Shown here: one piece after another, positions 44,262 to 54,283 of the stretch
Numbering within the stretch: the stretch's first letter is position 1
Layout: every line of letters begins with the position of its first letter
From: Coraliomargarita sp.
GTDB lineage: Bacteria > Verrucomicrobiota > Verrucomicrobiia > Opitutales > Coraliomargaritaceae
Assembly (NCBI GenBank): GCA_965216325.1
Contig: OZ244160.1
Coordinates: 160,001 to 224,000, forward strand
Direction of reading: 5' to 3'
DNA length: 64,000 nt
The notes under the pieces: generated by a model
What the model was told of the DNA's origin: nothing
The model's database searches: none
Seen by the model: only the letters and a program-made list of their open reading frames with translations
Translations under genes and position numbers: made by a program

Positions 44262-46985
44262 CTAAAACGGAAGCAGCTTGCGAGGGTCGTAGACGGAGCG
44301 GAATTTTTGTTTTTCGAGGGTGCCAGTCACATGAAACTTCAGCAGAAACGCGAGCGGATTTACGATTTTGCTCAGTTGTTTGAGCGGGTTCCCTGAGCTA
44401 CCCATATTACCGAACAGGCGGACCGTAACATACATGTCGAGAGCCTGATCTTCCATTTGCATCGTCCCGTTCGCTTCAATGCGTGTGCGTTGCCCGTTCA
44501 CTTCGATTCGTGAGAACGCGACTTGTCGATCTGCGAGTTCAAAGTCGGATTCAAGGCTATCAAGACTGAAGGAGGTAAACCCGAGGGAGGTGCCTTGAAG
44601 GATTCTGGAAAGTGGCCCAAGTAGCTGGATCGATCCGAGGTCTTTATCTCGAATGGAGAGGCTCCCATGGCCCGTTGCTGCATATAGATCATGCATTGGG
44701 CCGATTGCATGAATGTTTGCGAAGATACGTCCTTGCTCGCGCAGATCAGGAGTGAGCGATTCGTCCTTTTTGTCCTTAAGGCTCTCTTCGATCGAGTCGA
44801 GTGCGGGTAGGTTTGTGATGGCTCGTTGTTCGTCGGCGTCTCGCAGGTTGAGTTGCACGTTCACGATATTGGATTCGCCTTCTGCGCCGATCACATCAGC
44901 AGCCGCGGTTCCGTGTCCACTGGCATAGCCAAAGAGGACATCTCTCAATTGAGTGATGTTCCCGTCGGCGTAACCAGCCAAATTCAGAAAGTCCAAAGGT
45001 GTGCCATTGTAGACCAACGGCCCATTTGATATGGCATTAAAAATATAGTGACTCTTACCAGTAAATTCGGGGTAGTAATCCTCATCGAAATACACACCTC
45101 GAAGCTGTGCGCTAGGGGTTGCTGAAAAATCGAAGTCGCCTATCGTTCGGTCATACAGCACATTGCCCATCAGATTTTGTAATGCTTCTTCCGTGAGTCG
45201 GGTTGCGACGTCGAAGTGTAGTGCTGTGGGGCCAGGGCAGTCGTCGGGAAGAACTGTGAAGCCAATTGCGCCATCTAGCGAACCGTCACTGCCGTTCGCA
45301 TGGATGATGTGGACCTCAATGTAGCGAGGGGTTCCCCGCACAACAACATGGCCACTTTCGAGCGGAACCTTGCTGTATTCAACATGGTTGAGCAACACAC
45401 TACCATAATAGTCGTTGACGCTGCCTTGTTGAATGTTTGCACGAATAATGAAGTCAGCATCGACCTTACGATCTGCGTGAGAGAAGTCGAACTCGTCAAA
45501 GACGCTTGCCCACCATCTTGGCAGCAGTGGGTTGTAGTCTTGGGGGTTCACAACACCTTTGAGCAATGCATCCAGGGCCCCATCTTCTTTTCGGTAGCGG
45601 ATCGCTGCCTGCAGCGATTGCGATGAGCGTTCGACATTCAATTGGCTCAATATGAATTCGTTTTCGGCGTAGTAGCCACGCGCGCGTATTTGCTCGAAGT
45701 CGATTTCATCGACCGCCACATCGTTAATCAGGCAGTCGAATTCCAAGCGATTCAGTTGCATGCCCGAGTTGAGGGATAGGAAGATGTTGTAGTAGGGGGC
45801 GCTGGAAAACCTTAGATGTGGTAGGCCGGATTTGAGGTCGTCCGAGAGTAACTCATAAATACTGATGCTGCCTCCCGCGTCGAGCCAACCGCTGCGCTCA
45901 TGCAGGTTGAAGATGCCATTGAATTCGACGGCTCCGAGCATGCCTTTGGTTGAACCTGAAAAACCGAGACCTTCGCCCGTTTGATACCATAATTTGAGGT
46001 AGGGCGCTTCCATGCGGATGTCCTCTACGGTTATACTTTCGGCGGATAACTCTAGCTCGGGCCAGCGACTTTCCATGATCTGATCCCAATCGTCTTTGGT
46101 AATGCGCACGCTAATGGGCCCAGTGCTGACGTCGTGATTGTGTGTTTGCAGGCTGCGTGCGCGTATCAGAGTCGGTTGGCTGAACTGCAGCTTGTTGTCT
46201 TCGAAACATGTTGAGAGTGAGATGGTGACTTCTTGGGCACTTGCTTCTTCGTGGTTGACTTCCGGGCATACGAGTTGTGTCTCCAACTCAAGTCGCGAAG
46301 GATCCACGATATTTAAATCGAAGACGAGGGTAGGCGATTTGAAGAACCGATATTCTTCGCGCTTGGTGAGCCCATCCGCAATGAGTTTATAGGCGCTTTC
46401 TAGCCAATCTTGATCTCCACTTGCTGGCGTGCTGTCATCGCTCGCTTGTGTCGCGATACTGAGGGGGCAACGTGCGCTGCCCCGCAGGCGAATGTCATCC
46501 AGAGATGCGCAGAATGATTCGAGCTGCAGTTGATCTTCTTTGATAGTCAGGTCAAAGGCCACTTTTTCGAGGAGCGGGCTGCGTTCCCCATTTGGTGCAT
46601 ACACTGCAGGGATATAAGCTGTGCCTGAAGTTAAGATGAATGTGGAAACGTTGATTGGTGACCGCTTTGTATTGAATAGGTCAAAATAGATGTAGGCGCT
46701 TTCTGCTTCAAAGATCGCTTCTTCATTTTCTGCTGCGAAGATTTCCAGTTCATGGAGTTTGATACGTCCGTTTAGATACAACTCACATTTTTGTGTTTGT
46801 ATGCGGAATCCTGATACATCTACTTTAGAGAGTGTGTCGTTCAGCCAGCTGCTCGGGATCGGGATATAGCCATACGCAAGCAAGCATCCTAAAATGAATG
46901 CTTGAGGGATGAATAATAACAGTAGTAGCCCATCCAGAAGCAACTCGAAGAGCAAGAGTGATTTGGATCGCTTCTGTTTTTCCAT
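44262..46985 (-). CDS. Large membrane-anchored protein with an AsmA-like C-terminal region
   Basis: N-terminal TM segment, long beta-rich body and a C-terminal V.GTL..(P) type motif. Confidence 0.65.
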   Translation of the reverse strand: MEKQKRSKSLLLFELLLDGLLLLLFIPQAFILGCLLAYGYIPIPSSWLNDTLSKVDVSGFRIQTQKCELYLNGRIKLHELEIFAAENEEAIFEAESAYIYFDLFNTKRSPINVSTFILTSGTAYIPAVYAPNGERSPLLEKVAFDLTIKEDQLQLESFCASLDDIRLRGSARCPLSIATQASDDSTPASGDQDWLESAYKLIADGLTKREEYRFFKSPTLVFDLNIVDPSRLELETQLVCPEVNHEEASAQEVTISLSTCFEDNKLQFSQPTLIRARSLQTHNHDVSTGPISVRITKDDWDQIMESRWPELELSAESITVEDIRMEAPYLKLWYQTGEGLGFSGSTKGMLGAVEFNGIFNLHERSGWLDAGGSISIYELLSDDLKSGLPHLRFSSAPYYNIFLSLNSGMQLNRLEFDCLINDVAVDEIDFEQIRARGYYAENEFILSQLNVERSSQSLQAAIRYRKEDGALDALLKGVVNPQDYNPLLPRWWASVFDEFDFSHADRKVDADFIIRANIQQGSVNDYYGSVLLNHVEYSKVPLESGHVVVRGTPRYIEVHIIHANGSDGSLDGAIGFTVLPDDCPGPTALHFDVATRLTEEALQNLMGNVLYDRTIGDFDFSATPSAQLRGVYFDEDYYPEFTGKSHYIFNAISNGPLVYNGTPLDFLNLAGYADGNITQLRDVLFGYASGHGTAAADVIGAEGESNIVNVQLNLRDADEQRAITNLPALDSIEESLKDKKDESLTPDLREQGRIFANIHAIGPMHDLYAATGHGSLSIRDKDLGSIQLLGPLSRILQGTSLGFTSFSLDSLESDFELADRQVAFSRIEVNGQRTRIEANGTMQMEDQALDMYVTVRLFGNMGSSGNPLKQLSKIVNPLAFLLKFHVTGTLEKQKFRSVYDPRKLLPF

Positions 46986-47002
46986 TGTTTGGAGGGTGGG
47001 GG

Positions 47003-49015
47003 CTATTCGGTACCTTCTTCGCTTGTCTCAATATCGGCTTCAGGCGTGCTGACTCCTGTGTCCTGAGGGTCGATCTTCGTCTCGTCCGGACTTTGCAACA
47101 GTGGGTATGGAGATGGGGTTGGGACCGGTTCCCCGAGTGCTTCTTCGGGTAGTTTGAGGTCGCTGGTTAGGTCATGCAGTGCCTCGATGAGTTCTGGGTC
47201 GACATCAAACATTGTGTTGTGTGCTTTAGAGCCTCCAGCTTGAGCGGTGCCTGATAGACGCTCTGTAAAGAGATACTCTCGTGACTCGATTTGTCCGGTC
47301 TCACTGCCATCAGGTAGGGAGATGTCGACGCTTAGGCGGTAAACCCAAGGTAGTTCTGTATTGGCATCCAATGGGTATGCTTCCTCAAAATAATCAGCCC
47401 GATATGCGTCCACGCGGAACTCGCGAATCCATTTTAGCACGATGCCCAGTGCCAGGCGGTCGTCTTCGGGCAGGGCATCAATCAGCTCTTTCCATGAAGC
47501 CCCGGCTTCGGCAGGGTTCAAGTCGAGTAGCATCGTTTCAGTGGTGAGTCGCTCTAAGCGCACTGCTTTAATTTGAGCTGACTTTGGCAGTTGGTCGAGG
47601 ACGCGCTTCCAGTAATGCAACTCATTGAGTGGGAACATGTCGAGTGTCGCACGTCGTTCGACGAGATAGATATAGTCCGAGTTTTTTGTGCGCGCGTATA
47701 GGTTTTCATTGTCATTGTTTGGGTGCGCGAGTTCGAGCACAATAGGGTCTACCCCTTCTCCGAAGCTTAGGGTTACTGTGCGGCGTGGATTATTGAACCC
47801 GAGTTGGCCGATGGTGCTTGGGGTCGGCTCGTCGCTGGCAAAGTCTTTCGCACGAAGGTGATAGAGGTCGGTCACCAGATTATGAATGATGCTGTCTTCG
47901 ACTCGATGTGCTTTAACTTCATTATCACCTTTGGGTTGGATGACTTGCCAGCTACCTGTTTCGAGGCGGTTCAAGCGAACTGTCAGGTCTCCTTCTTTAA
48001 TACGAATCGCGGTCAATTCGTTTGGATCAAAGCTGATGAATGAACGCTCTCTGAGCGAGCTTTGCGCCTCGCGCAGTTGGTCGAAAGAGTCCGCGCTCAC
48101 GGTGAAGACCGTCGGATTGTTCTCGATCTGGGCAAAGTAGGTTGCGCTTTCTTTACTGCTTGGAACACGATTGCCGAGTAGCAAGGTTTGACGACGCTTG
48201 TTACCATGTAGCGTGATGCGCATGGTTGGGCTCTCAAGGCCGAGGATCACTGGATCTTGTGATTCGACAAAACTCTCTACTTTTGCAGAAGTCAGTGTGT
48301 TAATGGTGTTTGAAACGAGTCCAGAGTCTGCTTCGGCTGAGAGGGGAGCTTCAAACAGCCAGCCGTTGTTCGTGCGTTTTAGGTGTAGACTCAAATCACT
48401 GAACTCACCGTCTGAGGATGCATTGATTTGAACACTCAGCGCATCGACTTCGAAGACCGGGATGTCAAAGATCTCTCGGTTTCGAAGGTCGCTGATGTCT
48501 ACGAGCATGCTGTCGATGACTTCGTTTGAAACGACGAAGATTCGCTCCTTGTTGGGACCTAGTATATAAACATTTTTACCGATTTCGGTTCGGTTGCCGA
48601 TTACAAGATCTGTGCGCTCTGTGCCGTGTCCGATCGTCAGCACTGAGGAGGCATCCGATAGTCCATAGTCTTCAAGGCTTTGGCCTGTGCGCTCGATTTC
48701 ATCGACGGAGAAAGTGGCTTGCTCTTCGAGAAACTGCAATTGGTTAAGGATGCGATTGACTGCGAAGTAATTGGCGGACCATTGAATCGGTTCAGAGATC
48801 AACCAGTCTGCCCCTTCACGTATGAGCACTCGTGGTGTTTCCAACTGCGGTCCACTGAGCTCGATGCGGTCTGCCTCGATGATCTCGCGTCCAATCAGAC
48901 TTGCCAAGCGGTTGGAGTCTTCGCTGGAGCGAGTATCTTGATTCTTCAGAAAAAAGATGAGCCCGAAGCTAATTAAGTTCAGGACCAATAGGAATACGGT
49001 AAATTTGAAGCGCAT
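47003..49015 (-). CDS. DUF4340 domain protein
   Basis: N-terminal TM, repeated W.I..P....A and Y/LGL..P motifs; follows a GldG-like gene. Confidence 0.78.
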   Translation of the reverse strand: MRFKFTVFLLVLNLISFGLIFFLKNQDTRSSEDSNRLASLIGREIIEADRIELSGPQLETPRVLIREGADWLISEPIQWSANYFAVNRILNQLQFLEEQATFSVDEIERTGQSLEDYGLSDASSVLTIGHGTERTDLVIGNRTEIGKNVYILGPNKERIFVVSNEVIDSMLVDISDLRNREIFDIPVFEVDALSVQINASSDGEFSDLSLHLKRTNNGWLFEAPLSAEADSGLVSNTINTLTSAKVESFVESQDPVILGLESPTMRITLHGNKRRQTLLLGNRVPSSKESATYFAQIENNPTVFTVSADSFDQLREAQSSLRERSFISFDPNELTAIRIKEGDLTVRLNRLETGSWQVIQPKGDNEVKAHRVEDSIIHNLVTDLYHLRAKDFASDEPTPSTIGQLGFNNPRRTVTLSFGEGVDPIVLELAHPNNDNENLYARTKNSDYIYLVERRATLDMFPLNELHYWKRVLDQLPKSAQIKAVRLERLTTETMLLDLNPAEAGASWKELIDALPEDDRLALGIVLKWIREFRVDAYRADYFEEAYPLDANTELPWVYRLSVDISLPDGSETGQIESREYLFTERLSGTAQAGGSKAHNTMFDVDPELIEALHDLTSDLKLPEEALGEPVPTPSPYPLLQSPDETKIDPQDTGVSTPEADIETSEEGTE

Positions 49016-49021
49016 GGGATG

Positions 49022-50494
49022 TTAGCGGCGGCGAAGTAGGTGGACGGCAAAGCCAAAGAGGGCGGTGATGCCGGGCACGATTGCAAAGTAGAGAATTAAC
49101 CGTTTGAGCTCCTGCTCACTCATGATGATTTGGTAATTCTGGAGTGGGCGGCTCGGAATGTTGAGCATATTATTACGGTCGAGCGCCCAGTTGATCGAAT
49201 TGATGAAGAGACTTTGGTTGCCAAAAGCCTGAAAGCGATTGTTCGCGACAAAGTCCGAATTACCGAACACGATGAGGCGGCCGCCCTGGATCGTGATCCC
49301 TAGTTCGGAGCCTGCGCTGCGGGTCGAGACGGTGGCGATACTGAGTGGCCCTGGTAAGTCGCGGCCGGAGTCATACTTGACCGGATTTTGAGTTCGGTAG
49401 TCACGTTCGCCCCAACTTTGAGCTGAGGTGCCGAGAATCTGCTCTACTTTGAGGCCTTCCATGTTGAGTGAGGCAGGATCCGTGCGAACGGGGCGTGGGA
49501 GCCCGAAGAGTGCATTAATCTGATTGTCGATCAGTAATTGAGTGATCGGGTGTTCTGCAAAACGGCGGATAATCAGGTCGCCACCTTGTGCCTTGAAGTC
49601 GCTGCCGACATCGATGACCGTCATGTCATCGCTGAGCACACCCCAGTCATACAAGAGCTCGTCGAGACCGTGAGCGCGTCCGGGATTGATGAGGACAAGC
49701 ATGCGACCATTCCGCTCGCCCAAATAGCGCCGTAGCTTCTCAACCTCTTCAGGCAAGAGTGCCGCCTGTGGTGACGGAATGATAATCAGGTCGGCATCTT
49801 CCGGAACATTTGGATCGATCGAAAGATCCAGATTCGCGAGCTCGAAATTGCGTTCTTTGAGGAAACTCTCGACCTGAGAGAGGCCAAAGCGTGGATCGAC
49901 GTCATCCAGACGCATTTCACCGTGGCCAAGCAGGAAGTAGATCTTGTCGGTGTCTTCGGCTGAGACGTTGAGGATTGCCGAGGTGATGATGCGTTCGCCA
50001 ATAAATCCGGTGGTTTCGCCATCGGTGACCTCGTAGAGCTTGGCTGGGTTGATCTCCTGAGATTTGTCGCCGCTGGCGACGAGGACGACGTTCTCCTTCG
50101 TCAATTTGTAGCGACTGGCAAGTTGCTGGGCCCGTGCACGTTGCTTGTATATGTCTACAAACTCGACATTGAGCAGGGCAGTGCCGTCCTTGGCGTCTTC
50201 CGCTTCGTATTGGCGCAGTAGTTTTTGTAGATCCTTAAGCACCAGTTCGGTTTCGGGGCTGTCGGGTATTGTGACGACGATATCAACCGGTTCTGCCAGT
50301 TCGCGAATGTAGGCCCGCGTCTCTGCGGCGAGTGTATAAGTGCCTGCCTCGGTTAAGTCGTAGCGCTCAAAGTATTTTGCCGCGAGGAAGTTTAGCGAGA
50401 GGATGAGGCTCAGACTGAGTACAATCTGCGCAATCCGGTTTACGACCCTGAAGCGGCGTGCCAGGCTGAATTCTGCGAAGCGTGAAGTGTCCAT
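49022..50494 (-). CDS. GldG-like ABC transporter auxiliary protein
   Basis: DLT....YTL, E..ITSAI, YFL.GHGE, GNSDF, N..LF.N.INW and a C-terminal TM with RRR. Confidence 0.85.
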   Translation of the reverse strand: MDTSRFAEFSLARRFRVVNRIAQIVLSLSLILSLNFLAAKYFERYDLTEAGTYTLAAETRAYIRELAEPVDIVVTIPDSPETELVLKDLQKLLRQYEAEDAKDGTALLNVEFVDIYKQRARAQQLASRYKLTKENVVLVASGDKSQEINPAKLYEVTDGETTGFIGERIITSAILNVSAEDTDKIYFLLGHGEMRLDDVDPRFGLSQVESFLKERNFELANLDLSIDPNVPEDADLIIIPSPQAALLPEEVEKLRRYLGERNGRMLVLINPGRAHGLDELLYDWGVLSDDMTVIDVGSDFKAQGGDLIIRRFAEHPITQLLIDNQINALFGLPRPVRTDPASLNMEGLKVEQILGTSAQSWGERDYRTQNPVKYDSGRDLPGPLSIATVSTRSAGSELGITIQGGRLIVFGNSDFVANNRFQAFGNQSLFINSINWALDRNNMLNIPSRPLQNYQIIMSEQELKRLILYFAIVPGITALFGFAVHLLRRR

Positions 50495-51258
50495 TATGCT
50501 TTTGCCTCGATGACCAGTGTCGACAGCCCGAGCAAAACGATGCCGGTGCTGGTATAGTAGAAGAATGGACGGGTGTCGATGACGCCGCGCGAGAAGTCTT
50601 CCAAGTGTTCAAAGATTTGCAGGTAATTTGCAACTGAGGTCGTCCAGCTGAGTATGCCAGTTTCCATCGGTTGCACACTGCCGATGAAGTTTCCGCCAAT
50701 GATCGCAATGAACAGGGCGGTGAAGGTCAGCATGCCGGCCACAAGCTGGCTACGGGTGATGGTGCTGGAAAAGATCCCGATTGAGATGAAGAGAATGCCA
50801 CTGAGTGCAATGAAGGAGAGTCCGCCGAGCACCGCTTCCGGTGCGAGCAGTGCGTCGGATCCAGCCACGTGTGGAAAAGCCTTCAGCATGATGAAGGGGA
50901 ACGACAATGTTCCGAACCAAAGACCGACATAGAATAAATATGCACCGGCGAATTTGCTGAGAATAATGCTCACACGGGAAGCGGGTGTGGTCATTAGTGT
51001 ATCCAGGGTTCCGCTACTGCGTTCGCCTGCGATACTCTTCATGGTTAGGAGTGGAACGACGAAGAGGGTGGGCAGCCAGAAGAACTTGAAGAAGGCGACA
51101 GATGGCAAGTCGTCTTGTGGTTCGGCCACAATGATGGTCATGAGACGCCAATACAGCAGTCCCATGATGAAATAGAAAAAGACCCCTGCCAGATAGGTGG
51201 TAGGGCTGATCAAGAGCATTCGCAGCTCGTGCTTCAGAAGTATGAAAAAATGACGCAT
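50494..51258 (-). CDS. GldF-like ABC-2 permease
   Basis: P.LTM.SIA.ER.SGT...L.T.P, I.L.KF and H...FS.G.ID motifs; start taken as MRHFF. Confidence 0.87.
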   Translation of the reverse strand: MRHFFILLKHELRMLLISPTTYLAGVFFYFIMGLLYWRLMTIIVAEPQDDLPSVAFFKFFWLPTLFVVPLLTMKSIAGERSSGTLDTLMTTPASRVSIILSKFAGAYLFYVGLWFGTLSFPFIMLKAFPHVAGSDALLAPEAVLGGLSFIALSGILFISIGIFSSTITRSQLVAGMLTFTALFIAIIGGNFIGSVQPMETGILSWTTSVANYLQIFEHLEDFSRGVIDTRPFFYYTSTGIVLLGLSTLVIEAKA

Positions 51259-51281
51259 GTCGTAAAAATGTCTGTGTCGGT

Positions 51282-52307
51282 CTACTCCGCAGCGACTGGC
51301 TTGGCCTCGCTCTCCTTTTTCTTGCTGCGACTCTTGTCGATGGTTTCTTCCCATGAGCGCTTAGTCGCCGCGAGGAAGATTTTCTCCAGGTTTGGCTGGT
51401 GCGGGGCCAAGCTGAGAAGGGTGCAGTCGTCTTGCTTGGAAAGTGTTGCGATCAATTGAGCGCTGAGGTCTTCTGGACCTTCGGCGGTGATGGTGTAGCG
51501 CTTGCTGTCATCGCTGACCGCTTCTGAATCCAAGACCGTTGCCTGGATGCCTTTGGATTTGAGGGCAGAGAGCATGATGTCTTCTTGGCCGCGCAGTTCG
51601 ATTTCGAAGCGATTGCCCGGCACGAATTCCTGACGTAGTTCGTCGCTGCTGCCGCTGGCGACGATGCGCCCACGATTGATAATGATCACACGGTCGCAGG
51701 AACGCTCGATCTCAGGCAGGATGTGGCTGGAGAGAATCACCGTCATACGGCCACGTAGACTGTCGATCAGACGGCGGATGCCCTGAATCTGATGGGGGTC
51801 CAAGCCGATGGTTGGCTCGTCCATAATGACCACTTCCGGTTGCCCGAGTAGTGCATCGGCGATACCGACGCGCTGGCGGAAGCCCTTGGAAAGTGTGCCA
51901 ATGATCTTGCGACGCGCGGTGCGCGCCAGGTCGCAGGTTTCCATCGCTTCTTCCACGGTTTCGCGGATTTTACGCCCCGGAACTTCTTTGAGACGGGCTC
52001 TGAATCGCAAATACTCGACCACACGCATGTCCTCTGGGAGCGGATTATTCTCCGGCATGTAGCCGATCCGCTTTTTGACCTCGTGTGGATTGTGGGCGAC
52101 GGAAATGCCTCCAACCCAAGCGGATCCAGAAGTTGCGGGCATGATGCCGCTCAAAATTCGCATCGTGGTGCTCTTGCCGGCACCATTGGGCCCGAGGAAG
52201 CCGACGATTTCGCCATGATTCACGGTGAAATTGACATTATGAATGGCCGTGAGCGCCCCGTATTTACGGGTGAGTTTGGCGACACGTATGCTAGGGCTGT
52301 TGTCCAT
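51282..52307 (-). CDS. GldA-like ABC transporter ATP-binding protein
   Basis: GPNGAGKST, LSKGFRQRVG, DEPT.GLDP and SSHIL. Confidence 0.93.
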   Translation of the reverse strand: MDNSPSIRVAKLTRKYGALTAIHNVNFTVNHGEIVGFLGPNGAGKSTTMRILSGIMPATSGSAWVGGISVAHNPHEVKKRIGYMPENNPLPEDMRVVEYLRFRARLKEVPGRKIRETVEEAMETCDLARTARRKIIGTLSKGFRQRVGIADALLGQPEVVIMDEPTIGLDPHQIQGIRRLIDSLRGRMTVILSSHILPEIERSCDRVIIINRGRIVASGSSDELRQEFVPGNRFEIELRGQEDIMLSALKSKGIQATVLDSEAVSDDSKRYTITAEGPEDLSAQLIATLSKQDDCTLLSLAPHQPNLEKIFLAATKRSWEETIDKSRSKKKESEAKPVAAE

Positions 52308-52442
52308 TGAGGAGTGATCGAAAGCTAAATAGAACGACTGAAGAAAATTAAACGCATAATCGTGAACAAAAGTCCGAGGTGCAGCAATACCCGAAAAATC
52401 TGCTTTTCAATGGACTGACTTTGTCTGACTTTGGTTCCACAT

Positions 52443-53603
52443 ATGATTACGACGACCGAAGCCCTCGCAGAAGCAGTCCAGCAAGCCCGCGCCGCTGGAG
52501 CTGTGGGTATTGATACCGAATTTATTTGGGATCGCACCTACTACCCAACGCTGGGGGTCGTGCAGATGGGCATGCCTGATGGCCACTGTGAACTGATTGA
52601 CGCCCCGGCGATTGAAGATTGGTCGCCCTTTGCCGAGCTCATGGCGGATCCCGAGACCGTTAAAATTCTGCATGATGCCAAGCAGGACCTGATTATTTTG
52701 CGCCGCGCCTGCGGAGCAGATCCGAAGAATATTTTCGATACTCAGTTGTCTTCCGGCTTCGTCGGGCTCTCTTCAACCGTTTCTTTGCGTGATTTGTTGA
52801 AGACGCTGGTGCGTGTGCGTTTGGCGAAGACCGAGACGCAGTCAGACTGGGTCGCGCGTCCGCTTACCGATGCGCAGATTCAGTATGCGGAGGATGATGT
52901 GCGTCACTCGGTGAAACTGATGGAGAAAATCTATGAGCGTGCCGAGACGCTCGGCCGTCGCTCGTGGATCGAGGATGAAATGTCGTTTTACGACGATGCC
53001 AGCATCTACGCGGAGCGCGATCCTGATGCAGAAATGCCGCGTGTGCGTGGCAGTGGGGCCCTGACGCAACAGCAGCGTAATATTCTGCGTGCGCTTGGCT
53101 CGTGGCGTGAGTTGACTGCGCGCCGTCGCAATTTGCCGCGCAATTTCATTCTGTCCGACGATGCCATTGTATCGCTCACGAAGAAGCTTCCAAAGTCAGC
53201 TGAGGCGATCCAACCAATGAAGGGCTTGACCGAGCGTGCATTGCAGCGCAACCGGGGCAAGATCTGGGCAGCAATCGAGCGTGGTATTGAGGGGGATTTA
53301 CCGCCTTTGGCGAATGGCCGCCTGAACGGAATTCAGCCGGACGACGGTTACGAAGCGCGAGTGGACTTGGCTTTGGCCTATGTGAAAGGCACCTGCCTCG
53401 CCGCAAATATCGACCCTGCACTCATCGGTAACCGTGCGGAAGTCGCCGGGTTGGTGCTCGATGTTGAGCGTGCCGACGGCGAGCGGCACCGCATGCTTCG
53501 CGGCTGGCGTAAGGACTTCTGTGGCGAGACCTTGCTCTCCATGATGCAAGGCAAGTGCAGTGTACGTGTGGATCCCGAAACCGGATTCCCTCAGGGCATT
53601 TAA
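52443..53603 (+). CDS. rnd: Ribonuclease D (DEDD exonuclease plus HRDC)
   Basis: IDTEF...RTYYP.L..VQ, K.LH...QD, FDTQ, SDW..RPL..AQ..YA..D and WRE..AR..N.PR. Confidence 0.9.
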   Translation: MITTTEALAEAVQQARAAGAVGIDTEFIWDRTYYPTLGVVQMGMPDGHCELIDAPAIEDWSPFAELMADPETVKILHDAKQDLIILRRACGADPKNIFDTQLSSGFVGLSSTVSLRDLLKTLVRVRLAKTETQSDWVARPLTDAQIQYAEDDVRHSVKLMEKIYERAETLGRRSWIEDEMSFYDDASIYAERDPDAEMPRVRGSGALTQQQRNILRALGSWRELTARRRNLPRNFILSDDAIVSLTKKLPKSAEAIQPMKGLTERALQRNRGKIWAAIERGIEGDLPPLANGRLNGIQPDDGYEARVDLALAYVKGTCLAANIDPALIGNRAEVAGLVLDVERADGERHRMLRGWRKDFCGETLLSMMQGKCSVRVDPETGFPQGI

Positions 53604-53625
53604 GCTAGTTCCTGAGTTAATTTTT

Positions 53626-53775
53626 AAACCGTGAATGAACGTTAATTAACATTAATCATACGTCCTTCAATGAGACCTCATTATGGCGAGGGCCTCGCAA
53701 AGAATTAAATCTACCTGCAATATTATCAGTAATGCGCACCATAAATTAACGTTCATTGACGTTAATTAACGGTTC
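53626..53775. repeat. Family F4 inverted arms enclosing about 85 bp
   Basis: aaaccgtgaatgaacgttaattaacattaat ... attaacgttcattgacgttaattaacggttc. Confidence 0.8.
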
Positions 53776-53809
53776 CCAATTTTCAATCTAGAATCTTAAG
53801 CTTAGTATC

Positions 53810-54184
53810 ATGGACATCGAGACTTTCCCAAATCCAAATCCAGAGCGTAACTACACCATCCAACACATTCAGGAGGAGTTCACTTCGACCTGCCCGATGA
53901 CGGGGCACCCAGACTACGCGACAGTGGTCTTCAGCTATACGCCAGACGAGATTTGCATCGAGCTCAAGGCGATGAAGCTGTATCTCCACAGCTTCCGCAA
54001 TAAGGGTATTTTCTTCGAAGCGGCGACCAACAAGATCTTCGAAGATCTTTACGAAGTCACGAAACCACGCTGGGCGCGACTCGAAACCATCTGGCGTGGA
54101 CGTGGTGGCATTCGTTCCAACGTGATCGTCGAAGCGCAACAAGACGGTTACGACGGCCCGAAGACGGCTCCGTTTAAGAGCTAG
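53810..54184 (+). CDS. queF: NADPH-dependent 7-cyano-7-deazaguanine reductase (type I QueF)
   Basis: EFTS.CP.TG.PD.A, the QueF motif ELKAMKLY and RGGI. Confidence 0.9.
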   Translation: MDIETFPNPNPERNYTIQHIQEEFTSTCPMTGHPDYATVVFSYTPDEICIELKAMKLYLHSFRNKGIFFEAATNKIFEDLYEVTKPRWARLETIWRGRGGIRSNVIVEAQQDGYDGPKTAPFKS

Positions 54185-54187
54185 AAT

Positions 54188-54264
54188 GGTAGGGAGGTCT
54201 GCCTCAGACCTCCGTTCCATCTCCGTCCTGATTGCGGAGGCATGAGGGCATGTCTCTCCCTACC
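54188..54264. repeat. GTAG-type REP doublet (ggtagggag...ctccctacc) between convergent genes
   Basis: Inverted ends with internal hairpins. Confidence 0.7.
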
Positions 54265-54283
54265 TTTGTAGGATGTTATCCTC